DNA from: Octopus vulgaris
Taxonomy: Eukaryota
Assembly (NCBI GenBank): GCA_951406725.2
Contig: OX597820.1
Coordinates: forward strand, 96,410,001-96,474,000
Direction of reading: 5' to 3'
Length of the DNA: 64,000 nucleotides
Within the stretch, counting starts at the first letter, position 1. The number at the start of each line of letters is the position of its first letter. The notes under the pieces are model-generated. The model saw only the letters and a list, made by a program, of their open reading frames with translations. It had not been told where the DNA came from and did not search any database. Of this stretch, positions 22,708 through 37,075 are shown piece after piece. The position numbers and the translations under genes are program-made.

Positions 22708-25700
22708 TATATACAAACCTGTAGAGAGTTACAAAAATGTTTCAAGGAAATAGATTTTTGCTCATCATTTATCAAACTGACTTTGAGAAATGCCATACAC
22801 AAATCCTTGCCGATTGAAAATAAAAAATATATTTATATATTGAGTTGTTTTTCCTGTTTTACTTTATCGAATGTGTGTGTTTGTGTGTGTGTGTGCGCGT
22901 GCGTGCATGTGTTGCGATATTTAAGTCACCAATCATTATGCTTTGAGTTCATATCTCACAAATATAGTAGTGTTTTTCAGCTATCAAGGTTGATAAAATA
23001 ACTAGGGCTCATAGAGCCAACAACTCCAACTTTCATTTGAAGTAATTACTAGAATCAATATAACTGACTTAACTCAAGACAGTGGATGCTCCAGCTTGGC
23101 TGTAGGTCAGAGATTGAGGCCCGAAAAAGAAGAATAAAAGAATAATATAAAAAGCATCTTATACATTTGGAAAGATATATCTTACTTTATCCGTCCAAGC
23201 AGAAGCTTTAGATTAAGCTTAGAAATCGGTATTTCAAGAACATTGAAACTCAATATAATAAACTCAGAACACAGTGGCAAAATCCTGTTCATATTTAATA
23301 ATAATCTTTAAACATTATATTTTCTTTAAACATTATGAATCTTTATCTCGTATACGTATGAATTGCGACTTCCTTATTACACATTGATTATTTAGCCTGT
23401 TTATTCAACTAAATTATGAAGAGAACAATATGAATTCTAATTTGAAATTGGCAATGATTAGCATCATTAACCTATTTTAATATCGTGACCTAAACCTGAG
23501 CATTATCATTTTAATTAACTCTTTCATGGTTTCTGTTTAATTTTTTGCAAAATAATTTTTCGTCTTGTTGCTGGTGGTAGTGGTTATTTTCCATTATAAA
23601 TATAAATTTGATGCAATATTAGCATTGCTAATATAAATTCTGTTTTGTAGTTTTATTCATACAATGCTGAAAATAAAAATAAAGCGATATTCATTGACTT
23701 AGATCCAAATGTGATTAAAGTGGTTACAGTTTGAATTTAATAATTCCCATGCTAACTATAAACTCAGCTCATATGCTCATAATTGTTTTAATTCCCATTA
23801 ACATGGGTTTAGTCATTTAGAAAAGCCCTCGTACAAAGATAATTACGTGCTCCGGGACAACCATAGATCTAATACGTGAGAAGTATCTATGAAGAAGATT
23901 AGTTCATTTTCTATCGATTAAAATGCACAGATGTTCGAAAACCTCATGGCTCATATCCAGTCACTGAAATTATGTAATCAATGCCCCAAATCAAGACACT
24001 TAAAATCTCACTAAGTTTCGCTAAATCTTAATATACACCACTGAGCTATTATGGGATGTATTTCGTTTGTTTTAGTGAGTTCAGATCATTCTTTGAGATT
24101 AGAGAAAGCTATCATGAACTACTTACAGTACTCAACATCATCAAATTAAGATCTCAGTCGATTAGATAAGCTTTGCAATTAAACGTTGATCATATTTTAG
24201 ATCGTGAGTTGTTATGTTACAACTCTTGTATAAAAGCCTGTACTACATTCAACTCATCAGCAGCGGTAAAAGCATCTCCATCTTCGGTTCCAATGACAAC
24301 CAAAACAGAATTGCTAATAAAACTGTTTTGGACAAATGCTAAAACTATTACTATAATGACCCAAATTCTTTGCGAGTTAACACTTTTCTATTGCGGCTTA
24401 TAGTATCAAGTAGTTCCTGCCAATCGCATCCCTTTGCATTTTAGCGCTCTGGGCCACTGAGAGCTACTTGTCTTGCACAGAGCAGTTCCGTTGGCAGAAC
24501 TCGATCCGTTCATCTTTAAGTCGGCAGTACGTCATCTTGTCCAGCAGTGATGTTAATTGAAGCAGTTTGATGCAAAATAAATAAACTGTGTATACTTGTA
24601 TGACTAGAATTTGTTCCATATTTGAAAAAAATATATTTATTTTGAGTTCTTTAATTCTGTGTCTTACTACAGAATATGTCATCGATTTCGCTTGTGTCAC
24701 ATTCTATGAAATCTGATGATGACACTGCGTGTGAGAACAATCAACCTTTCCAGTCACAGAGAAAGACACGCAAAGAAAAAAGTAAACTAAATGGCTAAAC
24801 TAGGAATCGGAACCGCATCGCAAACTCAAATATCCATATCCTGTCACGGGCATCGGCACCACGCACTCATTAAGTATCACACGGCAGTTAATATATTGTT
24901 GTATGCAATAAAAAAAATTGTAAAATCAATAAGGTTTTGTCAATTTGAAATGCTATGTTCAACTCGCTGAGGAAAACTTAACTGATGTAGACTATCTACA
25001 TATCCAGGATGAAATTTTCCTACCAGCCACTTACTACTGTAAGAAACCGGATTGCCGCATTTCCAAGCTCATGAGACGCTACAATTTTTATATTTGTACA
25101 ATTTGTATATTTTAATTATCAATGTATATTTTAAGAAAAAAAGTCTCATAAGATTAAATTACATATTTTCTAAGATCTATTTTGTATAAATAGTTAATTT
25201 AGAACAAAATATTTATGCATTAACACATTTTAGTACACCGCTACTGTAGATGCTTCATACAAAACTGTCTCCTGGATTTGTTTATTTTGCAAGTATCCGT
25301 GCAGGAGTTTCAGAGATAGTGCCAGCTCTCAGCTATCTCTGTTTCCCATTAGTCTCCAATTCAAAACGTGAAGATTAATAGTGCACCTACGTTACTAATA
25401 AATTCAAAGGGAGAGGTTGAGATAGAGAGGGAGAGAGCAAGAACGACAGACAAACAGAGACAGACAGACAGACAGACAGATAGGAGATCAAGGGAGAGAA
25501 AAAGAGAGCTGGAGGAGGAAGAGGGAGAGGGAGAGAGAGGGTAAGTGTCAGAAAAAAGTCTCTTCTCACTTTTCTATTTTAAGACTTATCTCCAATATGA
25601 AATACGTTTTTCGTGGTTGCTGTAGATAGCTGAAGACTGTGTGTTTAGTTTACTAACATCTATTAACATATTCATCAATCTCTGTCATCAATTCACCTCT

Positions 25701-26325
25701 ATCATTACTGCTAGGTATTTCTTAGTATTGCTAAGTTCATAGGAAAGTTCATCTTCGGTGCCATCATGGACACTACTAACTTACGCATTGTTTTAATATC
25801 TTGGTTGTTATTTCTCTCACAGCCGCCTATGATGAATATAACCATTGGCATACCTAGACTTTAGACATCTTGTTCGGAGAGCGAGTTATTAATTTGCAGT
25901 GGTCATTCGCGGGTTTCATTCTTCTTACATAAAACTTTTTTAGTTTTAGTGGGAGAAAATTAATGGTTTTGTGATTGAACTAATGGGTTCAAATTTTGAC
26001 ACAAGGCCAGCAATTTTTGGTGGAGTGGGGTTAAGTCGATTACATCGACCCCAGTGCTCAACTGATATTTATTTTATCGGCCCTGAAAGGATGAAAGGCA
26101 AAGTCGACTTCGGCGGAATTTTGACTCAGAACGTGCAGACGGACGAAATGCTGCTAAGCATTTGCCCGGCCTGCAAACGATTCTGCCAGTAGCTTTGTTC
26201 ATCTTGACTGAGAATAATAAGTAGTTGTAGCTATAACGTTAGATCATCGGCCATATCTGTTTGTTTAATCTTTAATTGTTCATTGTCTGACATGGTTTTT
26301 GTAATTGCTAGCTTTAGTGGGATAG

Positions 26326-26544
26326 TTTACTCTTTTACTCTTTTACTTGTTTCAGTCACTTGACTGCGGCTATGCTGGAGCACCGCCTTTAGTCGAGCAA
26401 ATCGACCCCAGGACTTATTCTTTGTAAGCCTAGTACTTATTCTATCGGTCTCTTTTGCCGAACCGCTAGGTTACGGGGACGTAAACACACCACCATCGGC
26501 TGTCAAGCGATGTTGGGGGGACAAACACAGACACACAAACACAT

Positions 26545-26591
<47 letters not shown>

Positions 26592-26755
26592 CGACGGGCT
26601 TCTTTCAGTTTCCGTCTACCAAATCCACTCACAAGTCTTTGGTCGACTCGAGGCTATAGTAGAAGCCACTTGCCCAAGGTACCACGCAGTGGGACTGAAC
26701 CCAGAACCATGTGGTTAGTAAGCAAGCTATTTACCACACAGCCACTCCTGTGCCT
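26326..26755 (-). mobile_element. SINE family A
   Basis: Full-length reverse complement of 10289-10736. Confidence 0.9.
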
Positions 26756-28360
26756 CGTTGTTGACACTTTTTTTTTACTCTGTTGAAGATATTGCTCCGG
26801 AAATATACTCCAGGTCTCGTATACTGTTAATACACATTTAAGGATACAGCTGCCTTGTGTGGATCTGAGGAAATATGATATGTCTACTTACCCTCTGATA
26901 CTGAAATTCTCCGTAACACTGAGCAGTTTCTGATTTCTTACATCCCTCTAAGCCTTAAGATAGGCATGGCAAATCTGTTGTGTATGCATGTTATATTCTG
27001 AGCCCTAATGACCGTGTTTTCTTCACTATCTTGAGGCTCTCCTCGCTCTCTTCTAATGAAAGGCTACATTATACTTGTCTCAGATATAAAAATTCTCCTC
27101 TTTTCCAAAATACGTGTAGTTCTCACCAGTATGTCAACGCTGTATTGTCAAGCAGCGCTCGTTTGGACGATTTTTGTAGTGGGGGGGTCGCACACAAGTT
27201 TTCTTAGCTTTATCATTAGAGCTGCACATTAGGACCCAGTTCTATGGAATCTTGGTTGATGAGATTCAAGAGGTCGTCTACAAAGAAAAATATCAGAGAT
27301 GTGTCTGGATCCATTGTATCCATTTATATAAACCATACTTTGTGAATAGGTATGATAAGAGATTTAATGAGAGGACAAAGAGTAGCACTTATGTTCTTTC
27401 CATTTATTTTTATCAAACCTCGACAAAATATAACATGAAATCCTTGAATGAATAAATATCCCGTCATAAGATCTAGGCTTTGGGGTTTTCTGTGTCATTT
27501 TCTTAAGGAAGTCTCCAAAACTGTTCCCTTAATTTCACATTGTTTTTGTTCAACATACTTGTAGTATCTCTGCTCTAGTTCTTTCATTCACATACTTATC
27601 ACACTTAAATTTTATCACTTTTTCCCTCATATAAACTTCTAGTGGTTTCCAATGTGGTTTTCTGATGGAGCGCCTTTCATAGAGGTTGAGCTGTGTTGAC
27701 GCTGAAGCAGCGACAATCTGATTTAGTACATCTGTCAAACAATCTGTCAAGCTTACCTACACATCCACAATGTACAAGCTGAGTTGCTCGTAACAAAGTA
27801 TACAAATCTAAACCTGGGCTGCGAAGACATCTACACAGGAATCTTATCCCACCGACTTTCCAATCATTCCTGTAAATATGCCGTGTTTTGTCTGTGAGGT
27901 TTAGTTTCTACTTTGTAACTTATGTTCCAGTCTTAAGAATCCTCTCAGAGCATATGGGCGTATTACATTGAACAATTTGAGGGATCCCTGAATAATGGGG
28001 TAAGATCAAGAAATCATCGTGTGTGTGTCTGTGTATCTGTGAATGAATGTATGTAAGTATGTGCATGCACGCATGCATACATGCCCACTGCATGTATACA
28101 ATGCGTGGGTCTATGTATTTTTATTTCTGAATTTGCGCGTAAGCATATGTTTGTACGACTATAGCCATATGTACGCACTACATATAAAATTTCTGGACCG
28201 TTTTACACTTTTTCACAGTTTCATTAACAACTTGTAATTATAATTTCCTAGTCAACCGGCTATCTTCTGATTTTGTGAAACCCAACTTTTTTAAGATTGG
28301 CACTGAGATATTTAGTTACATTTCTAAATACACGAATGATCACGAACCTATATTTGATAA

Positions 28361-28740
28361 GAGGCGCAATGGCCCAGTGGTTAGGGCAGCGGACTCGCGG
28401 TCGTAGGATCGCAGTTTCGATTCCCAGACCGGGCGTTGTGAGTGTTTATTGAGCGAAAACACCTAAAGCTCCACGAGACTCCGGCAGGGATGGTGGTGAT
28501 CCCTGCTGTACTCTTTCACCACAACTTTCTCTCACTCTTACTTCCTGTTTCTGTTGTACCTGTATTTCAAAGGGCCGGCCTTGTCACTCTCTGTGTCATG
28601 CTGAATATCCCCGAGAACTACGTTAAGGGTACACGTGTCTGTGGAGTGCTCAGCCACTTACACGTTAATTTCATGAGCAGGCTGTTCCGTTGATCGGATC
28701 AACCGGAACCCTCATCGTCGTAACCGACGGAGTGCTTCCA
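28361..28740 (+). mobile_element. tRNA-derived SINE family C, full length
   Basis: A-box TGGCCCAGTGG, B-box GTTTCGATTCC; TSD ATATTTG(A/C)TAA on both sides. Confidence 0.9.
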
Positions 28741-29409
28741 CATATTTGCTAAAATCTTTGAAAATTGAAAGTTCAACTCAATATCATTCTAAAACTAGAC
28801 AGATAAACCAGCTGATAAATTATTATATTTGTATTAAAATAATGAGTTCGCTACAAAAAATCTTATATATGTCAGTATGTTATGAAAGAAAAGAACAGGA
28901 ATAAATTTATATCTTTAGATAAATAAACAGAAGTTGCACATAAACAAAAAGATATTAATATATTAGTCAGAGTATCAAACACAACATTCTTAACTTAAAG
29001 TCTCTTCCAGAACATTACCGAGATTAAAGAATTAACAAATTGGATCAGGGATAAGGGGAGATTGAGATATTGATCCTCTAAATAAACTAAATATAGATGC
29101 AAAAATAATAAAGAATTGAAAAACTGAGATATAACTCCATTGATATTTCAGCATCCCTATGATTTTATTTAATCTACTTATCTAGTATTTTAGAACTTAC
29201 GACTTATAGTAGATATAGCTGTATTTCCAGAGAATGGTCTGTTTGGTAACAAAGTGGTAAGAGTCGTGAGTGAGTCGTAGAGTATGTCTTGCAGTAGTCG
29301 TCTTGGCTTTCAGAGTTCATTTCACCGAATTTTACTCACAATGCTTGAGTCACAAATGACTCAAAACTTTGCATCTCATGACTGCGAAACAAACTTCTTA
29401 ACTATTTGG

Positions 29410-30080
29410 CTTTGCCGATCCCATCCCTGTACAGTTGATCTGTACATCGGATTGCAAGACGTCCCCAAAGATACCGGTTATGGGCAAAATCTCTGCATCT
29501 TCCCAAATGATGCTAATTTGCGTCAGATTTTCTTTGAAGGTGACACGCCATGTCCTCTTACATCTCTCTTTCTTTCTCTTTCTTCGTCCCTTTGGTGGTA
29601 TCCGTTGTATAGTTGCCTAGGGTATTCGTTCTTCTGGTAGTAGGAAAACATGGCCCGCAGGTCTTTCTCTTCTCTCTCCACCACAATCTCCTGCAGGCTG
29701 TGCAGATTGGCTCTTCTCGTCCCTGCTTGTGATCAGGAGTACTCAGCATAGACACCATTACTAAAGGTAAAGTTTCCTTTTCGAGTCATACTGATTCAAT
29801 AGGGCCGGTTTCCCGGTTTCCATGGCGTACATAGTCCCCCACCTGGACGAGACGCCAGTCCGTCACAGGATTACTCATTTTTGTCAGCTGAGTGGACTGG
29901 AGCAACGTGAAATGAAGTGCTTTGCTCAAGAACACAACGCGTCGCCCGGTTCAGGAATCGAAAGCACAATCTTACGATCATGAGTCCAACACCCTAACCA
30001 CTGAACCACGCACCTCCACAGACACCATTAATGGAATACTTTCAACCTCTCCTTGATTTGTCTTGACACGGCCTGTACCC
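29410..30080 (-). mobile_element. RTE-like LINE 3' remnant, interrupted by a SINE
   Basis: AGHVFLLPEERIP*ATIQRIPPKGRRKR...KRTWRVTFKENLTQISIIWEDAEIL, with frameshifts. Confidence 0.75.
29761..30019 (-). mobile_element. tRNA-derived SINE family D
   Basis: Head tggttcagtggttagggtgttggactc...tttcgattcc; 11-bp TSD AGACACCATTA (29750-29760 and 30020-30030). Confidence 0.88.
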
Positions 30081-30587
30081 AGTAATATATTAATCAATAA
30101 AGTACCAGTAATATACTGAACATGACATAATAGCAGCTACTGTTTTATATTTTATATTTAGCCATTTGCTTCGTCAAAAAAAAAATCGATAATTCTTTCA
30201 CATCCGACTTTCCAAGATTATTTCAGTAATGAGCATAAAAGCTTTTGTAGTGGAATCCGAAGCCATGTTTCAGAGCATCTTAAAAGTGTTCCGGTTATAA
30301 AACAGGTATCGATCTGGAAAGCCATATCATTTTTGGTTTTTCTTTTGCGATTCATTTATTTATTCATTTATTTATTTACATTTGCTTCTTTTTCCGAGTG
30401 ATAAATTTATCTTCTAATCTGAAGATATAAAAATACGATATCTATCCTACTAGTTCTTATCGTTGTTGATGTAGTTATCTTCATTATTACTGTTGCTGTT
30501 GCTGTTGTGAATTAGCCCTAAGCCAGTGCTGAGCCAGCAGACCCACAAGGGTGACAATTCCGCCTTAATTTTTTAGGAACTATAATA

Positions 30588-31068
30588 CAGTGATCCCTCG
30601 TTTATCGCGGTAGATTGGTTCCGAGACCGGCCGCGATAACTGAATTTTCGCGAAGTAGGGACACCATATTTACAGTATTTATTTAACGTGTATTTGGACT
30701 TTTAAAACCCTCCCTGTACTGTTAACAACCCACCCATTACAGTTATGTATTAATAACAAGGACAACTGTTAAGCAATAACACTTTAGATTTTTTAAAATA
30801 AAGATTGTTACTGCTACACAGGCCAGATTACAAAATAGAAAGCTGTGATTCGTCATCTCTCTCCCTTGCACGAATCACAGCCCGTCTTAAGTTCAAATAC
30901 CCCTGTATATGATTTTTTGCTATTTTACACTTGTTTGTTGTTCCTAGACCAGGAAATAATATTTATTATTATTTTAATGGATTTAATGAAAAATTTTAGG
31001 CGTTCATATATATATATTTTTTTTTTAAATCCGCGATAGCTGAACCGCGAATTAGCGAGGGATTACTG
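30588..31068. mobile_element. pogo/Tigger-like MITE
   Basis: TIRs CAGTGATCCCTCGTTTATCGCGG and CCGCGAATTAGCGAGGGATTACTG; TA on both sides; no ORF. Confidence 0.88.
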
Positions 31069-31332
31069 TATATCTACTATGAATAATATAGTCCTTCCAT
31101 ACTAAGAAGCACTACATTGGCCGATGAATCCTTCTCAGTAGTCATTTGAAAGAGATTTGATTGGGTTTTTTTACAAGGGCAAATGACCATGTAGAGACAA
31201 CAGTATAGGCTCACTGTTGTTGTTGTTGCTGTTAGTGATGGACTCCAGGTCAGTCCAAATGATTGCCATTATAGATTGTACTATCGTTGTTTATATTAGT
31301 ATAATCAACATCTTCCTCACATTGAGACAAAC

Positions 31333-31421
31333 GTCATCGTGACGGTCACCGTTGTCGTCGTCATCATCATCATCATCATCATCATCATCAACGTCATCAT
31401 CATCATCATCAACGTCATCAT

Positions 31422-31519
<98 letters not shown>

Positions 31520-31978
31520 ACAACAACGTCACCATCATTATCATTATCATCAACATCATCACCGTCATTATCATCATTTCCATCATTGTCTTGGTTTTTT
31601 TTTTTTTCGTATTAATCATCATCGTAAATCTTATAACTCAATCATAATTAACAGTTTAACTACAAATATCAGGGAACAGCATCTCTGAATCTTTTTAATT
31701 CATCAGTAATATCGTTCAACATCCCACTCTGACTCCTTTTCTCCGACATTTTGTTAATCTTATTACTAATCGCCTACACTGTCCACTCTCCCCCTGCCTC
31801 TTCACTCTTCTTCACCCACCTCTCACCATCATAATCATCTTTGTCATCATCATCTTCATCATCATCATCATTATCATCTTCATCTTCATCTTCATCTCCT
31901 TCATCATCAATCCATCACTATAAGCACGATGAGTAGGATGATGAGGATGATGATGACGATGATGACGATGATGGTGAC

Positions 31979-32056
<78 letters not shown>

Positions 32057-32061
32057 AAATG

Positions 32062-32098
<37 letters not shown>

Positions 32099-33009
32099 TG
32101 TGTTGATGATGATGATGTTGATGATAATGATGACAATGATGATGATGATGATGATGATGATGGTGATGGTGATGGTGATGACGACGACGGCGATGATGAT
32201 GGTGATAACAATGATGATAATGATGATGAAGATAATAGTGGGGGTGGCCTGGGGTTTGTGACCCCATGTTATGGCTCGACCTGCAAGAAAAAGCAGACAA
32301 AGCACTCTCGAACTATGCCCTACGCATCTTAGAACATGGCACATTAGATAATGTGGTCCAAGGTATACTATGCCGGGGGGGAAAAGAAAAAGAAACGAGA
32401 ATAACGTTAACTGAAATTCATTTAGCCTGGGGTTAAAATATATAAACAGCAACTACAGCGACGATGACAATGATCATAATTCATCTGTGTCATTACTTCA
32501 TTATCATCATCCTTGAAGTCGTCCTCATCGTTCTCCTCGTTATTACCCATATCATCATAATGGTTATCGTCAGCATAGTCTCTGTTATTATCTTAATTGT
32601 CACCATGATGAGGAGGAGGAGTATGTCAGTTATGATAATGATGATAAGGAGGAGGAGGAAGAAGAGGAGGCGGGGGAGGTGGATGTTTGCTAGGATGATG
32701 ATGATGATGATGAGAAGGAGGAGGAGGAGAATGAGTGTTTGCTACAATGACGATGATGAGGAGGAGAAGAAGAAGGAAGAAGGAGAAGAGGAGTATGTTT
32801 GTTATTATGATGAGGAGGAGAAGTAGGAGGAGGAGTATATTTGTTATAATGATGATGATGATGATGATGAAGAGGAGGAGCATGTTTTTATGATGATAAT
32901 GAGGGAAACGAGAGGAGGAGGAGGAAGAGGAGGGGGAGTAGGGGGAGGAGGAGTATGTTTGTTATGAGGATGGTGAGGGGAACGAAGTTTGTTATGAAGA
33001 TGATGATGG

Positions 33010-33047
<38 letters not shown>

Positions 33048-33545
33048 GTGATGACGATATCATTATCATTACAAGCATCATCTACATCATTATAACCAAT
33101 ATCACCATTATCATCAACACTACCACCACCACATCATCATCGTCGTCATTGTTGTCGTCGTCATCGTCGTCGTCGTCGTCGTCATCATCATCGTCGTCGT
33201 CTCCGTCGTCGCGTTGTCATTGCTGTTGTCATCATCGTCATCTTTATCATTATCATAATTTATCATCATTATATTCGCAATGATCAAACAACATTACCAT
33301 CATCATCACCATCACCGTCATCAGCTTCGTCTTTGCCATCTTTATGCTTATCATCATCTTCGTCGCCACCATTATCACCATCGTCACCATCATCATCCTC
33401 ATCCTCATCATCATCATCATCATCATCACCACCACCACCATCATCGCCGTCTTCATCATCATCACCATCGTCATCATCATGTTCGTCATTATTACCAGTG
33501 TCGGAGTCGTCTCCGTTACCGCCGTCGTATCAGCAACATTATCAT
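31333..33545. repeat. Compound (CAT/GAT/GAG/CGT)n trinucleotide field
   Basis: Alternating CAT and GAT blocks; source of the poly-M/H/I/S ORFs. Confidence 0.95.
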
Positions 33546-33752
33546 CAAAACAGCGTGTCGCTAATACAACCATGCAGGAAGTCTTATAATAGCTGTATAG
33601 AATCATTTCAATGGATTTGTCACTTCCCTTTACTTTATGCTAATGTCATGATAGTTATCAGCGCCTAACATTGAGTAACACATTTACATCCGATTTCACT
33701 TTCTTGCTATCATAGACTAGCAAATACATATTATATACACATCTAGATATAC

Positions 33753-33834
<82 letters not shown>

Positions 33835-33852
33835 TTAGCCAGACAGACAGAA

Positions 33853-33944
<92 letters not shown>

Positions 33945-33945
<1 letters not shown>

Positions 33946-34556
33946 TGTTTCTTTATTAGCCACACAGGGCTGCACACAGATAGAACAAATTACAAGGTAG
34001 AGCTTTTCTTTTGAAGGTTTAAAAAAATAAAAAAAAGAAAGGAAGGGGGAGTTTCGATCAAAAGGGATCGTAAAAGGAGAGAAAGAGGACAAAAAAAGGG
34101 GGGTTAAAAAAAGGGGGAGAGGAAAAAAAAATTGATCAATAGGGATCGTTATCACAGAAATGTCAATATGAAGTGTAAAGGGGAGGACAGGTGAGGTTTA
34201 CCCGTGGAAAGAAAAGCCTACGGAAAAGACCACGGTAACCTCGGTCAATGGAGTCACATGTTATATTTCTTTTTTTTTTTTTTTGCAAATAAGCAACTCT
34301 CTGTTTTCAATTTCTGGGTTCATAGGATTATGCTCAAGGTGGCTTCGTCATTCATACGTGCCATTCTTGCTACATTCACCCATCTTTTTTTTAAAACATT
34401 CGCTAGACAAAACTTGCCTCTCTACTCTCACTTTCCTTTTCAAGTGGTACTTGAAGAAGTTGATGAGAGATTGACCAGAGAGGAAAGTGTTTGTCTCCAA
34501 TCCTTTCAGACGCGTCCACCAGATACATTCTTTCGCCATAGCCACAAGGATGATGA

Positions 34557-34557
<1 letters not shown>
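33945..34557 (-). mobile_element. L1/Tx1-like LINE 3' end; extra 3' UTR ends at 34646-34808 and 34813-34885
   Basis: FIILVAMAKECIWWTRLKGL...LINFFKYHLKRKVRVERQVL; three copies of ...cagccctgtgtggc(t/c)aataaagaaac followed by TATC-type sequence. Confidence 0.75.
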
Positions 34558-34645
<88 letters not shown>

Positions 34646-34914
34646 CATGTTTCTTTATTAGCCACACAGGGCTGGACACAGACGGGACAAATTACAAAGT
34701 AGAGCTTTTCTTTTGGGGGAGAAAAAAAAAGTGGGGTAGGTTTTCGATCAAAAGGGATCGTAAAAGGAAAAAAAAAGAGAAAAAGAAGAGAAAAAATGGA
34801 AAGAAAATAGATAAGTTTCTTTATTGGCCACACAGGGCTGCACACAGATGGGACAAGTTACAAGGCAGAGCTTTTCTTTTGGGGGATGAAGAGAACAAAA
34901 AACAAAAGAATGCA

Positions 34915-35066
34915 GAATGCTCGAGGGACAAATCACCGGGTTTGGATGGTCTACCCTACGAGCTTTACAATTGTATGCCAGACTTGTTTGGAGATCTCTT
35001 GGCGGCGGTGTACTGCAACTGGCAGCAAAACGGGAGCATTCCTGGTTTTGTGAGCCGAGGAGCCGT
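34915..35066 (+). mobile_element. L1/Tx1-like RT N-terminal fragment, inverted relative to the adjacent 3' end
   Basis: CSRDKSPGLDGLPYELYNCMPDLFGDLLAAVYCNWQQNGSIP. Confidence 0.85.
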
Positions 35067-35152
<86 letters not shown>

Positions 35153-35599
35153 GGACGGAGGGAGAGACAGACAGACAAGGTAGGTAGGTAGGTAGGTAGG
35201 TAGGTAGGTAGGTAGGTAGGTAGGTAGGTAGGTAGGTAGGTAGGTAGGTAGGTAGGTAGGTGAAAGCACGAAGCAGAAACAGAAACAAAAGAGAAGTTTG
35301 TGACAGATTCATTCTCCAGACAATTTATTCTTTAGCGTCTTCGAGAATCCTACCGATGTCAACAAGACACGAAAATCTGATACAAAAGTCACTAATCAAT
35401 CCGCGAGTGTTATTTGAGAAGGTTAATCTCAACAACCTATGCTCAAGGGGTGGAAATTAACTTAGAATTGATAAGGTTTAGCAAAGGACTGGCAATCAAA
35501 AAGAAAAGAAATAGATTAAAGAGTAGCTTGAGTTTAAAAAACCATAGAAAAGACGATTAGGAAAGGCATCGTGATTGATTGGCTAGCGCCGAGATTAGT

Positions 35600-36260
35600 C
35601 CTCGAGCATTCATTCAACGCAAAACGCGAAGGTTGTTCTGACAGAGCTAAAACACATGCTTAAAATAAATCACGAAGGAAGAAATGTTGGCCGGTGTATA
35701 TGAGGGGCGGAGACGCGACATGGTAATGCAATAATAGTTCAGTTGCTACTCAGTTCCAGACAGATGTAGGCTATCCAGTTACACTTCGCTTAATTGATCA
35801 GAATGGATTGTATACAGGTCTCGACAGAAAATGCGAAGTACAGCGAAAATCTTATAGCAGCAGCAAGGAATCAGATGGCGGTGAGTGTTTGTACGAAAGA
35901 GAAATCTTGTTTTGGCTAACCAACTCGATAACGTTTGCATGTGTGTGTGGGGGGGGTACCAGATTTATTGGCTCAGTTTTTCGCAGATACTTGTCGCAGT
36001 TTGCTATAGAATAAGGAATATTAGCATACGGAGTGGTAACTTTGCTGGGAAAGGATGAAGGCAATGGCAATATAACTAATAATTTCAGACTCAACTCGGC
36101 TTCATGCAGATTTTGGCCAAGTTCTTGGCTAAGAACTTGGCACTTATTTTCACTAGTTTGGTTGAGAAAGATCAGACCGGGGCAGATGTATCTGTGACAG
36201 AAAGGACTGAAGACAGACACTTACTTCATTGACTTAGCCCTCATCAACTTTTAACAGTTT
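35600..36260 (-). mobile_element. Possible very old CR1/L2-type RT remnant
   Basis: Patchy motifs only (KLVKISAKFLAKNLAKIC, SSFPSK, PINLVP), across frames. Confidence 0.35.
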
Positions 36261-36577
36261 CACTTGCAGGGGGAAGTAAGAGTAGAGAGAGTAATTTTGT
36301 TGGATGATACGGGAGTGCTGAATATGGGAGACTGACAGATGCAAAAGGAGAGCTTACTTTCGGTAACGAGGGTAATCCACCATCCTGACAATTTTTTGAT
36401 CTGTCCTAAGTTGTGATCCTACTCCAAGAACATTATAAAATTGTATATTTATATTATGTATATTTTTATCTCATATTCTCTCTCCTCCCTCCCCTTATCT
36501 CACAAATTGTAAGCTGTCTTTTTACTACCCTCTTATCATCTGTTCCTGTGGAAAATAAATAAAATCAATATTATCTA

Positions 36578-36700
36578 TTTTTTCATTGCGTGCTTTCACT
36601 ACTCTACCGAGTATGACTTTGGTATATACTGCGGTTTGTTTTGGTGCTATTATTTTTACTGTATTGAAAGTGCTCTATGTAAGACGTGCGCAGTGCCTGC
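36578..36700 (-). mobile_element. Degenerate R4/Dong 3' end
   Basis: gcgtgctttcact...actgtattgaaagtgctct...gcagtgcct matches the reverse complement of ~46352-46480. Confidence 0.65.
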
Positions 36701-36753
<53 letters not shown>

Positions 36754-36756
<3 letters not shown>

Positions 36757-36924
36757 GAGTTCACGAAAAAAGCAAAAGACGATGACAGGTGGTGTACAAA
36801 ACAAACAGATGTATTAGTATAACGCTCAGGAATAGAAAAAGTCAATTACGTTTTGAGCCTACGCTCTTCTACAGAAAGGGACACAGAAAAACAAGGAGAG
36901 AAAAAAATGTGTGTAGTGGCTAAC

Positions 36925-36928
<4 letters not shown>
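36754..36928 (-). mobile_element. Second copy of the 17905-18145 HHR element (motif at 36843-36878, G12A lesion)
   Basis: Minus strand: CTTT-CTGTAGA-A-GAGCGTAGGCTC-AAAAC-GTA; flanked by (TA)n and (CT)n(TA)n. Confidence 0.8.
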
Positions 36929-37005
<77 letters not shown>

Positions 37006-37022
37006 TTTTACCTCATGCATTT

Positions 37023-37075
<53 letters not shown>

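Larger units (their letters stand above)
33752..35261. repeat. (GATA)n/(GACA)n/(GGTA)n array hosting LINE fragments
   Basis: Blocks at 33752-33943, 34558-34643, 35067-35152 and 35179-35261. Confidence 0.95.

Noticed and set aside
24715-24742. CTGATGA-T-GACAC/GTGT hammerhead-like start
   Set aside because: No GAAA and no cleavage triplet with stem I.
27200-27330. Possible Tc1/mariner remnant (EVVYKEK)
   Set aside because: Single weak motif, no TIRs.
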